Positions 30,354 through 39,262 are shown, counted from the stretch's first letter. The stretch: DNA of 64,000 bases from an uncultured Phycisphaerales bacterium (GCA_963718665.1 OY970359.1:1184001-1248000); one strand, 5' to 3'. Numbers and translations are program-made. Notes: generated by a model not told the origin, from the letters alone.

Positions 30354-31997
30354 CTACTTCAAGCCGTTGCCGTGATTATAGCGGTTTGTAATCGGCAGAC
30401 GCCTGTCCCTGCCGAATGCCTTGTGCGTGATTTTCACCCCGGGCGGCGACTGTCTTCTCTTATATTCGTTGCGGTCAACCATACGAATGACCCTGTTCAC
30501 CGCCTCTTTGGGCAATCCCTCGGCAATCAGTTGCCGGGCAGATTTATCTTCCTCAACGTATCCCTTGAGAATCTTGTCTAAAAGGTCATATTCAGGCAGC
30601 GAATCACTGTCCTTTTGATTCGGACGCAGTTCCGCTGTCGGCACCCTGTCGATAACGCTTTTCGGTATTACCTCCCTGCCGTTTATTTCGTTGATGTAGT
30701 GCGAAAGTTTATAAACCATTGTCTTGAAAACGTCTTTGATAACCGCGAAACCTCCCGCTGTATCTCCGTAAAGCGTTGTATAACCCACCGCAATTTCGCT
30801 TTTGTTCCCCGTTGTCAGCACCAATGCGCCGAACTGGTTGCTCAGCGACATCAAAATTGTACCCCTGATTCTCGCCTGCAGGTTTTCGTAAGCAAGCCCC
30901 CTGCTGTCCCAGCCGTCAACTTTTTCGAGCGAACCATTGAATTGCTCCAGAACAGAGCCGATTGGGATGGTCATAAATTTAATACCAAGGTTTTTGGCGC
31001 ATTTTTCGGCGTCGCCAATTGTCTCGACGCTGTTGAATTTCGAAGGCATCGTGATTCCAATTACGTTCTCAGGCCCCAGCGCAGCGACCGCGATAGCAGC
31101 GGTTAACGCTGAGTCAATGCCCCCGCTTAATCCTATCAGCACCTTGTTGAAGCCGTTCTTGCGCACATAATCCTTTGTGCCAAGAACAAGTGCGCGGTAT
31201 GCCTCTTCGGGTGTCTCAATATCAGCAACCCCGCTTTGTGGCTGCGGCTCGATGTAAACCGCCTTGCCTTTCTTTGTAATGTCCGCTGTCAGCAAATCGT
31301 CCTCGAACGCCTTGGCCATAGCAACGATTTTACCAGTCGCGTCGGCGAACATACTCCGCCCGTCAAAAACAAGCTCGTCCTGCCCCCCTACAAGATTGCA
31401 ATAGCCAACCGGGCAGTTGAACCGCTTCGCGCAATCGCCGACTACGCCTTGCCTCGTCCTGATTTTTCCCAGATGAAACGGCGATGCCGATATATTCAGC
31501 AGCGCATCGATTTGGCTTGTGCTCTTGAAGAATTTGCCAAGCCAGTTAATATCCCATATATCCCTGCAAATCGTTATAGCAATATTCAAGCCGTCCAGTG
31601 TGATAATCATCGGCTTGTTGCCCGGCTCAAAATACCGCGGCTCGTCGAAAACGCCCTCGTTGGGCAGAAGACCCTTGCGGTAAATTTTCGCAAGCCGCCC
31701 ATTCTGCAACATCCCCGCGGCATTGTAAGTTTTACCTCGATAATAATCCGCAAAACCGGCGACTATTGTTATCCCCGGGCAGTTCGCAGCAAGTTTCTCC
31801 ACGACTTGCCGATTGTCCTCCAGGAAATGTTTCTTTAGCAGTAAATCCTCGGGCGGATAACTGCAAACCGCCAGCTCTGGGAACACAAGCAAATCAACCC
31901 CCTGCTTTACCGCCTGCCCGTAAATCTCCCGCATCCTCCCGGCGTTACCCTCAAGGTCTCCAACCACCGCGTCAAATTGTCCTAATCCAACACGCAT
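30354..31997 (-). CDS. nadE: Glutamine-dependent NAD+ synthetase
   Basis: Nitrilase domain (FPEL, YRK, IC) plus GLSGGIDS, ENLQARIRG, TGNKSE, EYKRRQ. Confidence 0.96.
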   Translation of the reverse strand: MRVGLGQFDAVVGDLEGNAGRMREIYGQAVKQGVDLLVFPELAVCSYPPEDLLLKKHFLEDNRQVVEKLAANCPGITIVAGFADYYRGKTYNAAGMLQNGRLAKIYRKGLLPNEGVFDEPRYFEPGNKPMIITLDGLNIAITICRDIWDINWLGKFFKSTSQIDALLNISASPFHLGKIRTRQGVVGDCAKRFNCPVGYCNLVGGQDELVFDGRSMFADATGKIVAMAKAFEDDLLTADITKKGKAVYIEPQPQSGVADIETPEEAYRALVLGTKDYVRKNGFNKVLIGLSGGIDSALTAAIAVAALGPENVIGITMPSKFNSVETIGDAEKCAKNLGIKFMTIPIGSVLEQFNGSLEKVDGWDSRGLAYENLQARIRGTILMSLSNQFGALVLTTGNKSEIAVGYTTLYGDTAGGFAVIKDVFKTMVYKLSHYINEINGREVIPKSVIDRVPTAELRPNQKDSDSLPEYDLLDKILKGYVEEDKSARQLIAEGLPKEAVNRVIRMVDRNEYKRRQSPPGVKITHKAFGRDRRLPITNRYNHGNGLK

Positions 31998-32044
31998 TTG
32001 CTTTGCTCACCAATACAAGGGCATCGGATTGAAATTACAAAAAA

Positions 32045-32133
32045 CGGAGAGGGCGGGATTCGAACCCGCGGTACTCAATAAAGAGCACACTGGTTTTCGA
32101 AACCAGCTCGTTCAGCCGCTCCGACACCTCTCC
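32045..32133 (-). tRNA. tRNA-Ser(CGA), CCA not encoded
   Basis: Minus strand GGAGAGGTG..ctggt-TTCGAAA-accag, long variable arm, GGTTCGAATCC, acceptor CCTCTCCG. Confidence 0.95.
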
Positions 32134-32304
32134 GAAACCGCCCCGGCGGCGGCTCTGCCCTTCGCCGAGATCTCTTATCCTATACATTTTCGCACGCCAA
32201 ATTGCAAGAACAATAGGCCTCGCCGGAAAAACCATTGATAACAAGCCGCCTCCGCCCTAAAATAGCCGGTTGACCTGTGCCTCCAGTATTGGGATGGGTA
32301 ACCT

Positions 32305-33237
32305 GTGAGTGCTTATTTGAATAATCGAGGTACGATTTTGATATACCGACAAAAAACCGGCTTGTTTGTGATTACCGTTTTTTGCACGCTGCTTTTAATG
32401 GCGGGCATCGGTATCTGCGCCGACCCAAACAGCCGTGACGCCAAACCGGCAGCGGACATCAACGACCCCAACGGCCCCACCGTTATGTTGAGCTACAACA
32501 CTCTTAAGTCCGTGAAAACACCCACTGCCTCGTTTATGTATTTTATTCCCCTTATTTCGCCCACCCTCGTTTCTACCCAAATCAGCCCCAATAACCGCCA
32601 ACAGGCGGTGTTTATATCGTATGAAAAAAGCGTCGTCCTGGATTCCTTCACTCTGAGCTGCGAATTCGAGTTGCAGGGAAGCGGCTTTTTCACGGATATT
32701 TTTGACTCCAACGGGATTATAGCCACTTTCCCCGAAGAGATAAAGAAAAACGCCCCCGTGAATAACCTCCTCGATTATATCAGGTTGGAAGGAGAAGGGT
32801 TTGGCCGAATAGACGTCAAGGGAACCATAGCCGATTCCAATGTAACCGTTACACAGGTGGACGTGCATTTCAACACAAGAGGGAAAAAAAGCCCAGTTAC
32901 AATTGGGCTCTACAGCGTAAAACCTGAAAACGGGCACTATAAATACGAGAACAGGCATAATGAAATTGTCGCGCGGGTTGCCACCCTCACGTTCAAAAAA
33001 TGCGACGGCGAACCCAGGATGGATATCGAAGTGGTGTCCGTCAATAAGGCATCAAGACCAAACAGCTACATCGGCAGAGTCAAGGGGTTCATCGTCAATT
33101 TCTTTATTGACCCCATCAGAATATCCAAACTCGGCAACGATACCATGCTCAACTTCGGATATGCCCTGCTGAATAAGCAACCGTCGTTTACCTTCCCAAA
33201 AGCCGCTAATATAAAAAGTCAAACCGTAGCTCCGTAA
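32305..33237 (+). CDS. Exported hypothetical protein, paralog A (start may be further downstream)
   Basis: Signal-like helix; strong similarity to 33249-34244. Confidence 0.75.
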   Translation: MSAYLNNRGTILIYRQKTGLFVITVFCTLLLMAGIGICADPNSRDAKPAADINDPNGPTVMLSYNTLKSVKTPTASFMYFIPLISPTLVSTQISPNNRQQAVFISYEKSVVLDSFTLSCEFELQGSGFFTDIFDSNGIIATFPEEIKKNAPVNNLLDYIRLEGEGFGRIDVKGTIADSNVTVTQVDVHFNTRGKKSPVTIGLYSVKPENGHYKYENRHNEIVARVATLTFKKCDGEPRMDIEVVSVNKASRPNSYIGRVKGFIVNFFIDPIRISKLGNDTMLNFGYALLNKQPSFTFPKAANIKSQTVAP

Positions 33238-33248
33238 AGGAATAAGCC

Positions 33249-34244
33249 GTGAACTTACATTCGATAAATCCTCGCGCCTGTATAATAACCGCTGCTTTTA
33301 TGCTGCTTTTATTTGCCGGCATCGCAATCTGTTCCGATACCGATAAGTCAGCCAATAACCCCGGCGTCAAATTACCGGTGGACAGTAACGACCCCAACGG
33401 CCCGACGGTTACGTTAAGCTACGACGGTTCGAAGCCCATAAAAAATCCCTCATCTTCCTTTATGTATTTTGTTCCGCTTATCGCCCCGACACGCGTTGAT
33501 ATGGAAATCAGCCCCGATAACCAGCAGCAGGCGTGGTTTTTGTCGTATGATAAGAAGGTCACCAAAAAAACCTTCTACGTAACCGGCGAATTTGAAATGC
33601 GCGGAAATGGCTTTTTCAATAACACACTTGACTCCGCGGAGGTAATAGCGGCTTTCAGCGAAGAGATGAAAAAAGGCGCCCCGATTAAGAACGCCCTTGA
33701 TTTTATTAAATTCGAAGGCGAAGGCATCGGTCGCATCGAGGCGAGGGGAACGATCGACGATTCCAATGAAACCGTTACGGAGGTTAAGATTCATTTCAAC
33801 ATCGGAGGCCGAAAAAGCCCTATTACCATTGGCCTTTACTGCGTTGACCCCGAAAACGGACATTATAATTACAGCAAAAGATATAACGAGTTGGTCGCCC
33901 GCGCAGCCACCCTTACCTTCAAGAAAGGCGAAGGCGACCCCAGGATGGGAGTTACGGTTGTCTCGGTCGACAAGGCCGCGAAGCCAAACAGCTACATCGG
34001 CAAAATCAAGGGATTCATAGCCAATTTCTTTATAGAGCCGCCCAAGATTTCCAGGATAGGCAACGATACGATGCTCGACTTCGGATATGCCCTTCTGAAG
34101 CAAAAACCATCGTTCACTTTCCCGAAAGCCACTAATATAAAGCCCGCCAAACCAGCAATGATAAATAGGTTTACCTCGCCGGTTCTGCTCGCCCGAAATA
34201 TATTGCAACGAGCATTGGATAATTCTAAAATCCCTGATGACTAG
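33249..34244 (+). CDS. Exported hypothetical protein, paralog B
   Basis: Shares DPNGPTV.LSY, SFMYF.PLI.P, EGEG.G.I, KSP.TIGLY, GNDTML.FG with the upstream gene. Confidence 0.78.
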   Translation: MNLHSINPRACIITAAFMLLLFAGIAICSDTDKSANNPGVKLPVDSNDPNGPTVTLSYDGSKPIKNPSSSFMYFVPLIAPTRVDMEISPDNQQQAWFLSYDKKVTKKTFYVTGEFEMRGNGFFNNTLDSAEVIAAFSEEMKKGAPIKNALDFIKFEGEGIGRIEARGTIDDSNETVTEVKIHFNIGGRKSPITIGLYCVDPENGHYNYSKRYNELVARAATLTFKKGEGDPRMGVTVVSVDKAAKPNSYIGKIKGFIANFFIEPPKISRIGNDTMLDFGYALLKQKPSFTFPKATNIKPAKPAMINRFTSPVLLARNILQRALDNSKIPDD

Positions 34245-34268
34245 TTTAACTCTTTGAAGGACGAAACA

Positions 34269-34994
34269 ATGTATATCATACCGGCTATCGACCTTCGCGG
34301 CGGCAAATGCGTCCGCCTCATACAGGGCGACTACCATCGCCAAATCAATTACCAGGAAAACCCCGTCAAACAGGCACAGGAATTCATCACACAGGGTGCC
34401 GAATGGGTCCACATAGTTGACCTCGACGGCGCAAAGGTCGGAAGACCCGTCAACTCGCCGACTATTTCCGCCATCGCCGCTCTCGGCAAATTGAAAATCG
34501 AGGTCGGCGGGGGACTCCGAACCGAACAGGATATTAAAACCCTCATCGATTTGGGCGTCAAACGGGTTATCATCGGCACTCAGGCCGTTAACGACTTCGA
34601 ATGGTTCAGCGATATGGCTAAGCGTTTCCCCGGCAAAGTGGCGCTTGGCCTCGACGCCAAAGGTTCGCACGTCGTTACAGGCGGCTGGTATGACGAACAT
34701 CCCAAATCCCTGCTCGAACTTGCACGCGAGGCCACCGTGCTGCCCATAGCCGCAATAATCTACACCGACGTCGCCAAAGACGGCATGCTCGCCGGGCCTA
34801 ATTTTGAAAGGACCAATGTCCTCATTCACACCGTTTCGGTGCCCGTTGTCGCCTCCGGCGGTGTAACTACCATATCGGATATCAAAAAACTGGCCTCCCT
34901 CGGCGCTGCCGGCACTATCGTCGGCCGGGCGCTCTATGAGGGCTCTCTTGCTCTGCCGGATGCCATTAACGCCGCAAAAAACCCTTCCTCCTGA
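34269..34994 (+). CDS. hisA: ProFAR isomerase
   Basis: IIPAIDLRGGKCVRLIQGDY, HIVDLDGA, EVGGGLR, YTDVAKDGMLAGPN, ASGGV. Confidence 0.96.
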   Translation: MYIIPAIDLRGGKCVRLIQGDYHRQINYQENPVKQAQEFITQGAEWVHIVDLDGAKVGRPVNSPTISAIAALGKLKIEVGGGLRTEQDIKTLIDLGVKRVIIGTQAVNDFEWFSDMAKRFPGKVALGLDAKGSHVVTGGWYDEHPKSLLELAREATVLPIAAIIYTDVAKDGMLAGPNFERTNVLIHTVSVPVVASGGVTTISDIKKLASLGAAGTIVGRALYEGSLALPDAINAAKNPSS

Positions 34995-35139
34995 TACCCC
35001 CCACAAATGCCCCTCCAATACTCGTTTAGGGAGCTTTTGCCGCATTTCTACAAACATACAAGCACACAGAGTGAAGGAGGGTCCGGAAAAATCTTCCGCT
35101 TCGCTTATAGAAACCCTTATTTACCGGCTCCAAAACAAG

Positions 35140-35155
35140 CTACTATATGTAGTGT
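35140..35155. promoter_or_regulatory. NrdR-box-like palindrome
   Basis: ctaCTATATgTAGtgt vs consensus acaCwAtATaTwGtgt. Confidence 0.5.
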
Positions 35156-35404
35156 GTGCTCTTATGACCAAAAACCTTAGCTGATAAGTGATTTTGGATG
35201 AAATTGAATCCGTCATTTCTACTTTTTTTACACTATTTTCAGTGTTGAAACCCCGTTTTTTTGCCAAAAACGAACATAATTCCCGCTTCTACAAACGGTT
35301 AAGCAAATCTACGCCTTACCCTCGCATTCGCTAAAGTTTTTAAGGTATCATTGTCGATAACAACACTGTAAACAAGATTGGGGTCCCAAAAAGGATTATG
35401 GGAC

Positions 35405-35420
35405 ATACAAGATATAGTGG
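35405..35420. promoter_or_regulatory. NrdR-box-like palindrome
   Basis: ataCAAgATATAGtgg vs consensus acaCwAtATaTwGtgt. Confidence 0.55.
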
Positions 35421-35483
35421 TTGATAGCTTATGGTGAAAAAACGGAAATTTTCGCCTGCGGCTCGATAGACAAGGTAATATTG

Positions 35484-35786
35484 ATGTCCGATTGCACTCA
35501 CAAAAATTGGCTCACAGAACAGAGGTTCAACCTTGAACCGGTTCACGGAGAGTATGTCGAACCGGAAAATGACCTGATTGCAGATGATGACCTGCTTATG
35601 GAGCAGATTCTCGACAATATGAACGGCACGCCTCTCGGGCAGGTGCTTAAGAAAATCGCCGTGATGCCCGAAGTCAGGAAACAAAAAGTCCTTAAGGTCC
35701 GCCGGCAGCTCACCGAAGGCAGATACAACCTTACTGAACGGTTAGACCTTGCCCTGGAAAAGGTGCTCGACGACTTGGATATCTAA
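35484..35786 (+). CDS. Small protein with FlgM (anti-sigma28)-like C-terminal motif
   Basis: PEVRKQKVLKVRRQLTEGRY matches FlgM R..KV..I+..I..G.Y; ATG 35484 has an aaggt RBS. Confidence 0.6.
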   Translation: MSDCTHKNWLTEQRFNLEPVHGEYVEPENDLIADDDLLMEQILDNMNGTPLGQVLKKIAVMPEVRKQKVLKVRRQLTEGRYNLTERLDLALEKVLDDLDI

Positions 35787-35823
35787 TAAAAACAGCCGGG
35801 CTTTACCCCACCGCACCCGGCTG
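35786..35823 (-). terminator. Intrinsic terminator for ispE-spoVG
   Basis: cagccggg/cccggctg stem followed by a T-run on the minus strand. Confidence 0.6.
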
Positions 35824-35921
35824 CACTGTCAGTTCCGCTTTAACGGAACTGTTACCGACAAATACCACAGTTTTACTCAACGGCTCATATTATTGTGGGC
35901 CGTTTGTGTTTACGCAGCTGT

Positions 35922-36362
35922 TTACGTTACTATCTCCGGGACCTCATCATCCGGCTCATCCATTTCCACCGGCTTATATCCCAGCTGCTTTGACTTCTCC
36001 AATTCTTCCTTGAACGCAGCCACTACCTTGTCCTGAATCTTCTTCCTGCACTCGGCGTTTATCGGGTGTGCAATGTCCGCGTGCAGCTTCATCCGGCCTT
36101 TCATATCCTTCTTCGCACGGTCGTCAGGAAGCTGGGCCCCGCAGTTATTGCAGAACTTCGCCCGGAGGTGATTCTTGCCTCCGCACTTCTCGCAGTGGTC
36201 GCTCATCTTCCTTGACGGCATCGCCACAAAATATCCGTTGGTACCCTCGATTACCTTTATGTCACGCACCACGAACTCATTGTCCATCGTTACCGAGCAA
36301 AACGCCTTCAACCTGTCATCCTTGTTCTCTATTAGCTTCACTCTCACTTCGCTGATTTGCAT
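35922..36362 (-). CDS. spoVG: SpoVG family protein with zinc-ribbon insertion
   Basis: [44 protein letters not shown]. Confidence 0.93.
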   Translation of the reverse strand: MQISEVRVKLIENKDDRLKAFCSVTMDNEFVVRDIKVIEGTNGYFVAMPSRKMSDHCEKCGGKNHLRAKFCNNCGAQLPDDRAKKDMKGRMKLHADIAHPINAECRKKIQDKVVAAFKEELEKSKQLGYKPVEMDEPDDEVPEIVT

Positions 36363-36382
36363 ACTCTCGCCTCACCTATTAG

Positions 36383-37306
36383 CTACCAACCGTTGCTGTT
36401 TAATATCACGCTCTTACAGCCAAAATCTCGTGCAAGTTTGTTTTGGCATTTCAGCATCTTTTCCTCATCGCTTTCGTCAATAACACAATACATCGACGAA
36501 CCACTCCCGCTCAGGCAAACCGGCCCGATTCCTGTTCGCTCGATACCATTTTTCATCTCTCTAAGCTTCGTATTCAACTCAAAGCAACTTTCCTGGAGCA
36601 TATTTGCGCACAACTTACAAACCAAATCAATCTTCTTTTTCCTGATATATACGCTAATTTCCTTACTAAAGTGCTCATATTTCACTGAATCGTATCGGTA
36701 GTTTTCGTAAACCCTTCTGGTGGAAACACTTACGTTAGGGACAATCAAAAATACCCTAAATTCACTTTTTGGTAATTTTTGTACTTTTTCCCCCCTGCCC
36801 GTGCAAAAACCGACTGGCCCCCCCAAAAAGAACGCCACGTCACTGCCTAATTTCGTTGCTAATCCAGCAAGTATTTTTCGGCTAAGCCCCAGCTTCAGAA
36901 ACCTGTTGATACCCATCAATGTCCCTGCCGCGTCACTGCTACCAGACCCCAGTCCTGTCCCCGCAGGTATATTCTTCACCAGCGTAATTTTAACCGATGT
37001 CCCCTGCTCTCCTGATACCCCCATACCCTGATACCTTGTTTCCAGTATCAACTTCGCCGCCTTATAAACCAGATTATCTTCCCCCTCCGGCACCTCGCAT
37101 GGTCCCTTGCAAATCAGTTCAATCCCTTTTTCCCTCCCCGGCTCAATCAGTATCTCATCGTACCAGTTGATTTTCGCCATTATGGTTTCCAGCTCGTGAT
37201 ACCCGTCAGGGCGTTTGCCCGCGACCAGCAACGATAAATTGATTTTAGCCGGGGCTCTCACCAGCAAACCATCGCCGATATTTTCAAATTGTTTTTCCTT
37301 GCTCAT
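36383..37306 (-). CDS. ispE: 4-diphosphocytidyl-2-C-methyl-D-erythritol kinase
   Basis: APAKINLSL, DGYHEL, KNIPAGTGLGSGSSDAA, LGSDV, LSGSGS. Confidence 0.95.
   Translation of the reverse strand: MSKEKQFENIGDGLLVRAPAKINLSLLVAGKRPDGYHELETIMAKINWYDEILIEPGREKGIELICKGPCEVPEGEDNLVYKAAKLILETRYQGMGVSGEQGTSVKITLVKNIPAGTGLGSGSSDAAGTLMGINRFLKLGLSRKILAGLATKLGSDVAFFLGGPVGFCTGRGEKVQKLPKSEFRVFLIVPNVSVSTRRVYENYRYDSVKYEHFSKEISVYIRKKKIDLVCKLCANMLQESCFELNTKLREMKNGIERTGIGPVCLSGSGSSMYCVIDESDEEKMLKCQNKLARDFGCKSVILNSNGW
37002..37035. repeat. 8-nt periodic repeat (ccctgata-like x4) inside ispE
   Basis: ccctgctc tcctgata cccccata ccctgata cc. Confidence 0.6.
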
Positions 37307-37332
37307 GGCATTTTAACCAATGTTCGTGATAA

Positions 37333-37360
37333 ATTTGTCGAAAGATAGTTTATGGCAAGT
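37333..37360. other. dif/Xer-like recombination site
   Basis: atttgtcgaaa-gatagt-ttatggcaagt: 11-6-11 imperfect palindrome, right arm 8/11 to XerD arm TTATGTTAAAT, intergenic, at a G/C skew flip. Confidence 0.55.
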
Positions 37361-37477
37361 GGCAGTCGAAGACAACATATTGTTCCCCGGCAGATGATTC
37401 GTCGGTTCGCTAATGAACAAGGTAAATTACACACCCTACAACTTCGGCTGGCGGAAGTTATGCTTTCGGGATTATAA
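37352..37477 (+). pseudogene. 41-aa remnant resembling the DUF4238 N-terminus
   Basis: MASGSRRQHIVPRQMIRRFANEQGKL matches the QHxVPxxxLxxF pattern. Confidence 0.5.
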
Positions 37478-37485
37478 TCCCAAGT

Positions 37486-38247
37486 ATGTGGTTTTTTAAG
37501 AAATGGCGTAGAAAGCGGATAAGGCAGCGGCCATTCCCGCCGGAATGGGCGGGTATAATTGAAGGGCATGTGCTGTTCTATCGCAGGTTGTCTGTGCTCG
37601 ACAAAAAGGAATTGAAGCAGCATATCCTCGTATTTTTAGCTGAGAAGAATTTCTTCGGCTGCGGCGGACTGGCGATTACCGATGAAATCAGGGTAACGAT
37701 AGCCGCGCAGGCGTGCGTATTGCTTTTACACCGCGAAACCGATTACTACCCGGGATTGCATTCGATACTCGTTTACCCGGCAGCATACGTGGCAAAAGCG
37801 ACGAGGCATCTGGCGGGCGGGGTCGTCGAAGAGGGATTCGACGTGCGATTGGGCGAGTCGTGGCATCGCGGGTCAGTTGTACTGTCGTGGGACGACGTCC
37901 GGCAAGGAGCGGCTGATGTGCGCGACGGGCATAACGTTGTATTCCACGAATTCGCACACCAATTGGACAGCACCTGCGGGCAAGGTGATAGTTCGGCGGT
38001 GCTACAGCAAAGGTCAACATTTATCACATGGGCAAGGGTGCTTCATAAAAACTATATAAAGCTTCAGCAGGATTTATCGAGTAACAGGCCGACGCTGCTG
38101 GGTTCATACGCGGGACAGGACCCGGCGGAGTTTTTTGCGGTCGCAACCGAATACTTCTTCGAACGGCCAAAGGATTTACAAAAAACATATCCGGATTTGT
38201 ATCGCGAGCTGAGTAATTTCTACCACCAAAACCCGGCGGAGCAGTAA
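37486..38247 (+). CDS. M90 family zinc peptidase (MtfA-like)
   Basis: IAAQAC, ILVYP, GESW..G.VVLSW, GHNVVFHEFAHQLD, EFFAVATEYFFE. Confidence 0.92.
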   Translation: MWFFKKWRRKRIRQRPFPPEWAGIIEGHVLFYRRLSVLDKKELKQHILVFLAEKNFFGCGGLAITDEIRVTIAAQACVLLLHRETDYYPGLHSILVYPAAYVAKATRHLAGGVVEEGFDVRLGESWHRGSVVLSWDDVRQGAADVRDGHNVVFHEFAHQLDSTCGQGDSSAVLQQRSTFITWARVLHKNYIKLQQDLSSNRPTLLGSYAGQDPAEFFAVATEYFFERPKDLQKTYPDLYRELSNFYHQNPAEQ

Positions 38248-38366
38248 AACCTTTTAACCGCGGATTTAGGTTGCAAACGGGCCGGCACAAGAGATAATAG
38301 CCATAATCATAACTATCTTCACCCTGATGGCGACAAAAATGACTAGATGTTTAATGGAGACGGAAA

Positions 38367-39101
38367 ATGAAAAAGTTATCGGCGTTGTTTGTGGCATTGA
38401 TAATGCTTGGTATATGCACATCATCCTATGGTTACTTCCTTATTTATAAGCTGTCGGGCACAATTAGAGGGGTAATGTATAGCCGGTCGGACACAAACAC
38501 AATAGGGATAGATGATACAAATGCGGTAACTATTCCCTTTAAGGGCTGTTTGGTGATGAACCTTGCTCTTGATGAGGTCAATGACACCAATACGCTTATT
38601 GACGCGAACATGATTATTTACGGCAGAGATGCCAACAATAATAAGGTTTACGTCCAGCTCAACTCAAGTGACAGCAACGAGTTCCTCGATTCGTATATAT
38701 TGGAGCGGGGGAACAAGAGACATTTCTACAGGCTCAACGGCATGTCGCCTTTTGACTTCAATGCGTTTATGATGGGCGACGTCCATAGCGTAAATATCGG
38801 TCTTCCACACGGATACAGAATACTTCTTGCCTCAAGCTTGAAGGGTCCTATTGCAGCGGGATACGGCATATTTCTCGACTTAGACCAGGAAATCGCGGGG
38901 GCAGGGAATATTTCGGCGTCGCTTTGGACCCTCGCGACAAAAGGGGTCAATAACCCTGATAACCCTGACCCCTATACCCCGCATACACAGGATGGGATTA
39001 TTGAGGCGATAAAAGGGATTGGTGAGTATAGTGATCATCCGTACTGGAATCACATCCTGGAGCACTATACAGAAGTAAGTATCCCGGCGCCAGCGCCATA
39101 A
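38367..39101 (+). CDS. Secreted hypothetical protein rich in D-x-N motifs
   Basis: MKK signal peptide, RBS ggaga, own terminator. Confidence 0.75.
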   Translation: MKKLSALFVALIMLGICTSSYGYFLIYKLSGTIRGVMYSRSDTNTIGIDDTNAVTIPFKGCLVMNLALDEVNDTNTLIDANMIIYGRDANNNKVYVQLNSSDSNEFLDSYILERGNKRHFYRLNGMSPFDFNAFMMGDVHSVNIGLPHGYRILLASSLKGPIAAGYGIFLDLDQEIAGAGNISASLWTLATKGVNNPDNPDPYTPHTQDGIIEAIKGIGEYSDHPYWNHILEHYTEVSIPAPAP

Positions 39102-39141
39102 GGCAAAGAAATACTCGACTAAGCCGAAAGAACTGATTTTT

Positions 39142-39181
39142 GCCGGCCTGTTCCTGGTCAAAGGAACAGGCCGGTTTTTTT
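39142..39181 (+). terminator. Intrinsic terminator
   Basis: gccggcctgttcct-ggtcaa-aggaacaggccggt then T-run. Confidence 0.85.
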
Positions 39182-39262
39182 ATGCGCGGACTTTGCTGGG
39201 TTGATTATCAATGGCCGATGGCGTATTATTTAAGCAAAGTTGATTACCTGGAGGTATCAAAT

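Noticed and set aside
32045..34244. Genomic island integrated at tRNA-Ser
   Set aside because: Hypothetical genes lie at the tRNA 5' side; the 3' side runs into nadE; no integrase or att duplication seen
33450..35057. 535-aa minus-strand ORF
   Set aside because: Antisense shadow of hisA and the paralog gene; no motifs
37307..37485. oriC, given the local C-to-G skew polarity
   Set aside because: No DnaA boxes (TTATCCACA) seen, short spacer, no dnaA/dnaN; not fully excluded without genome-wide data
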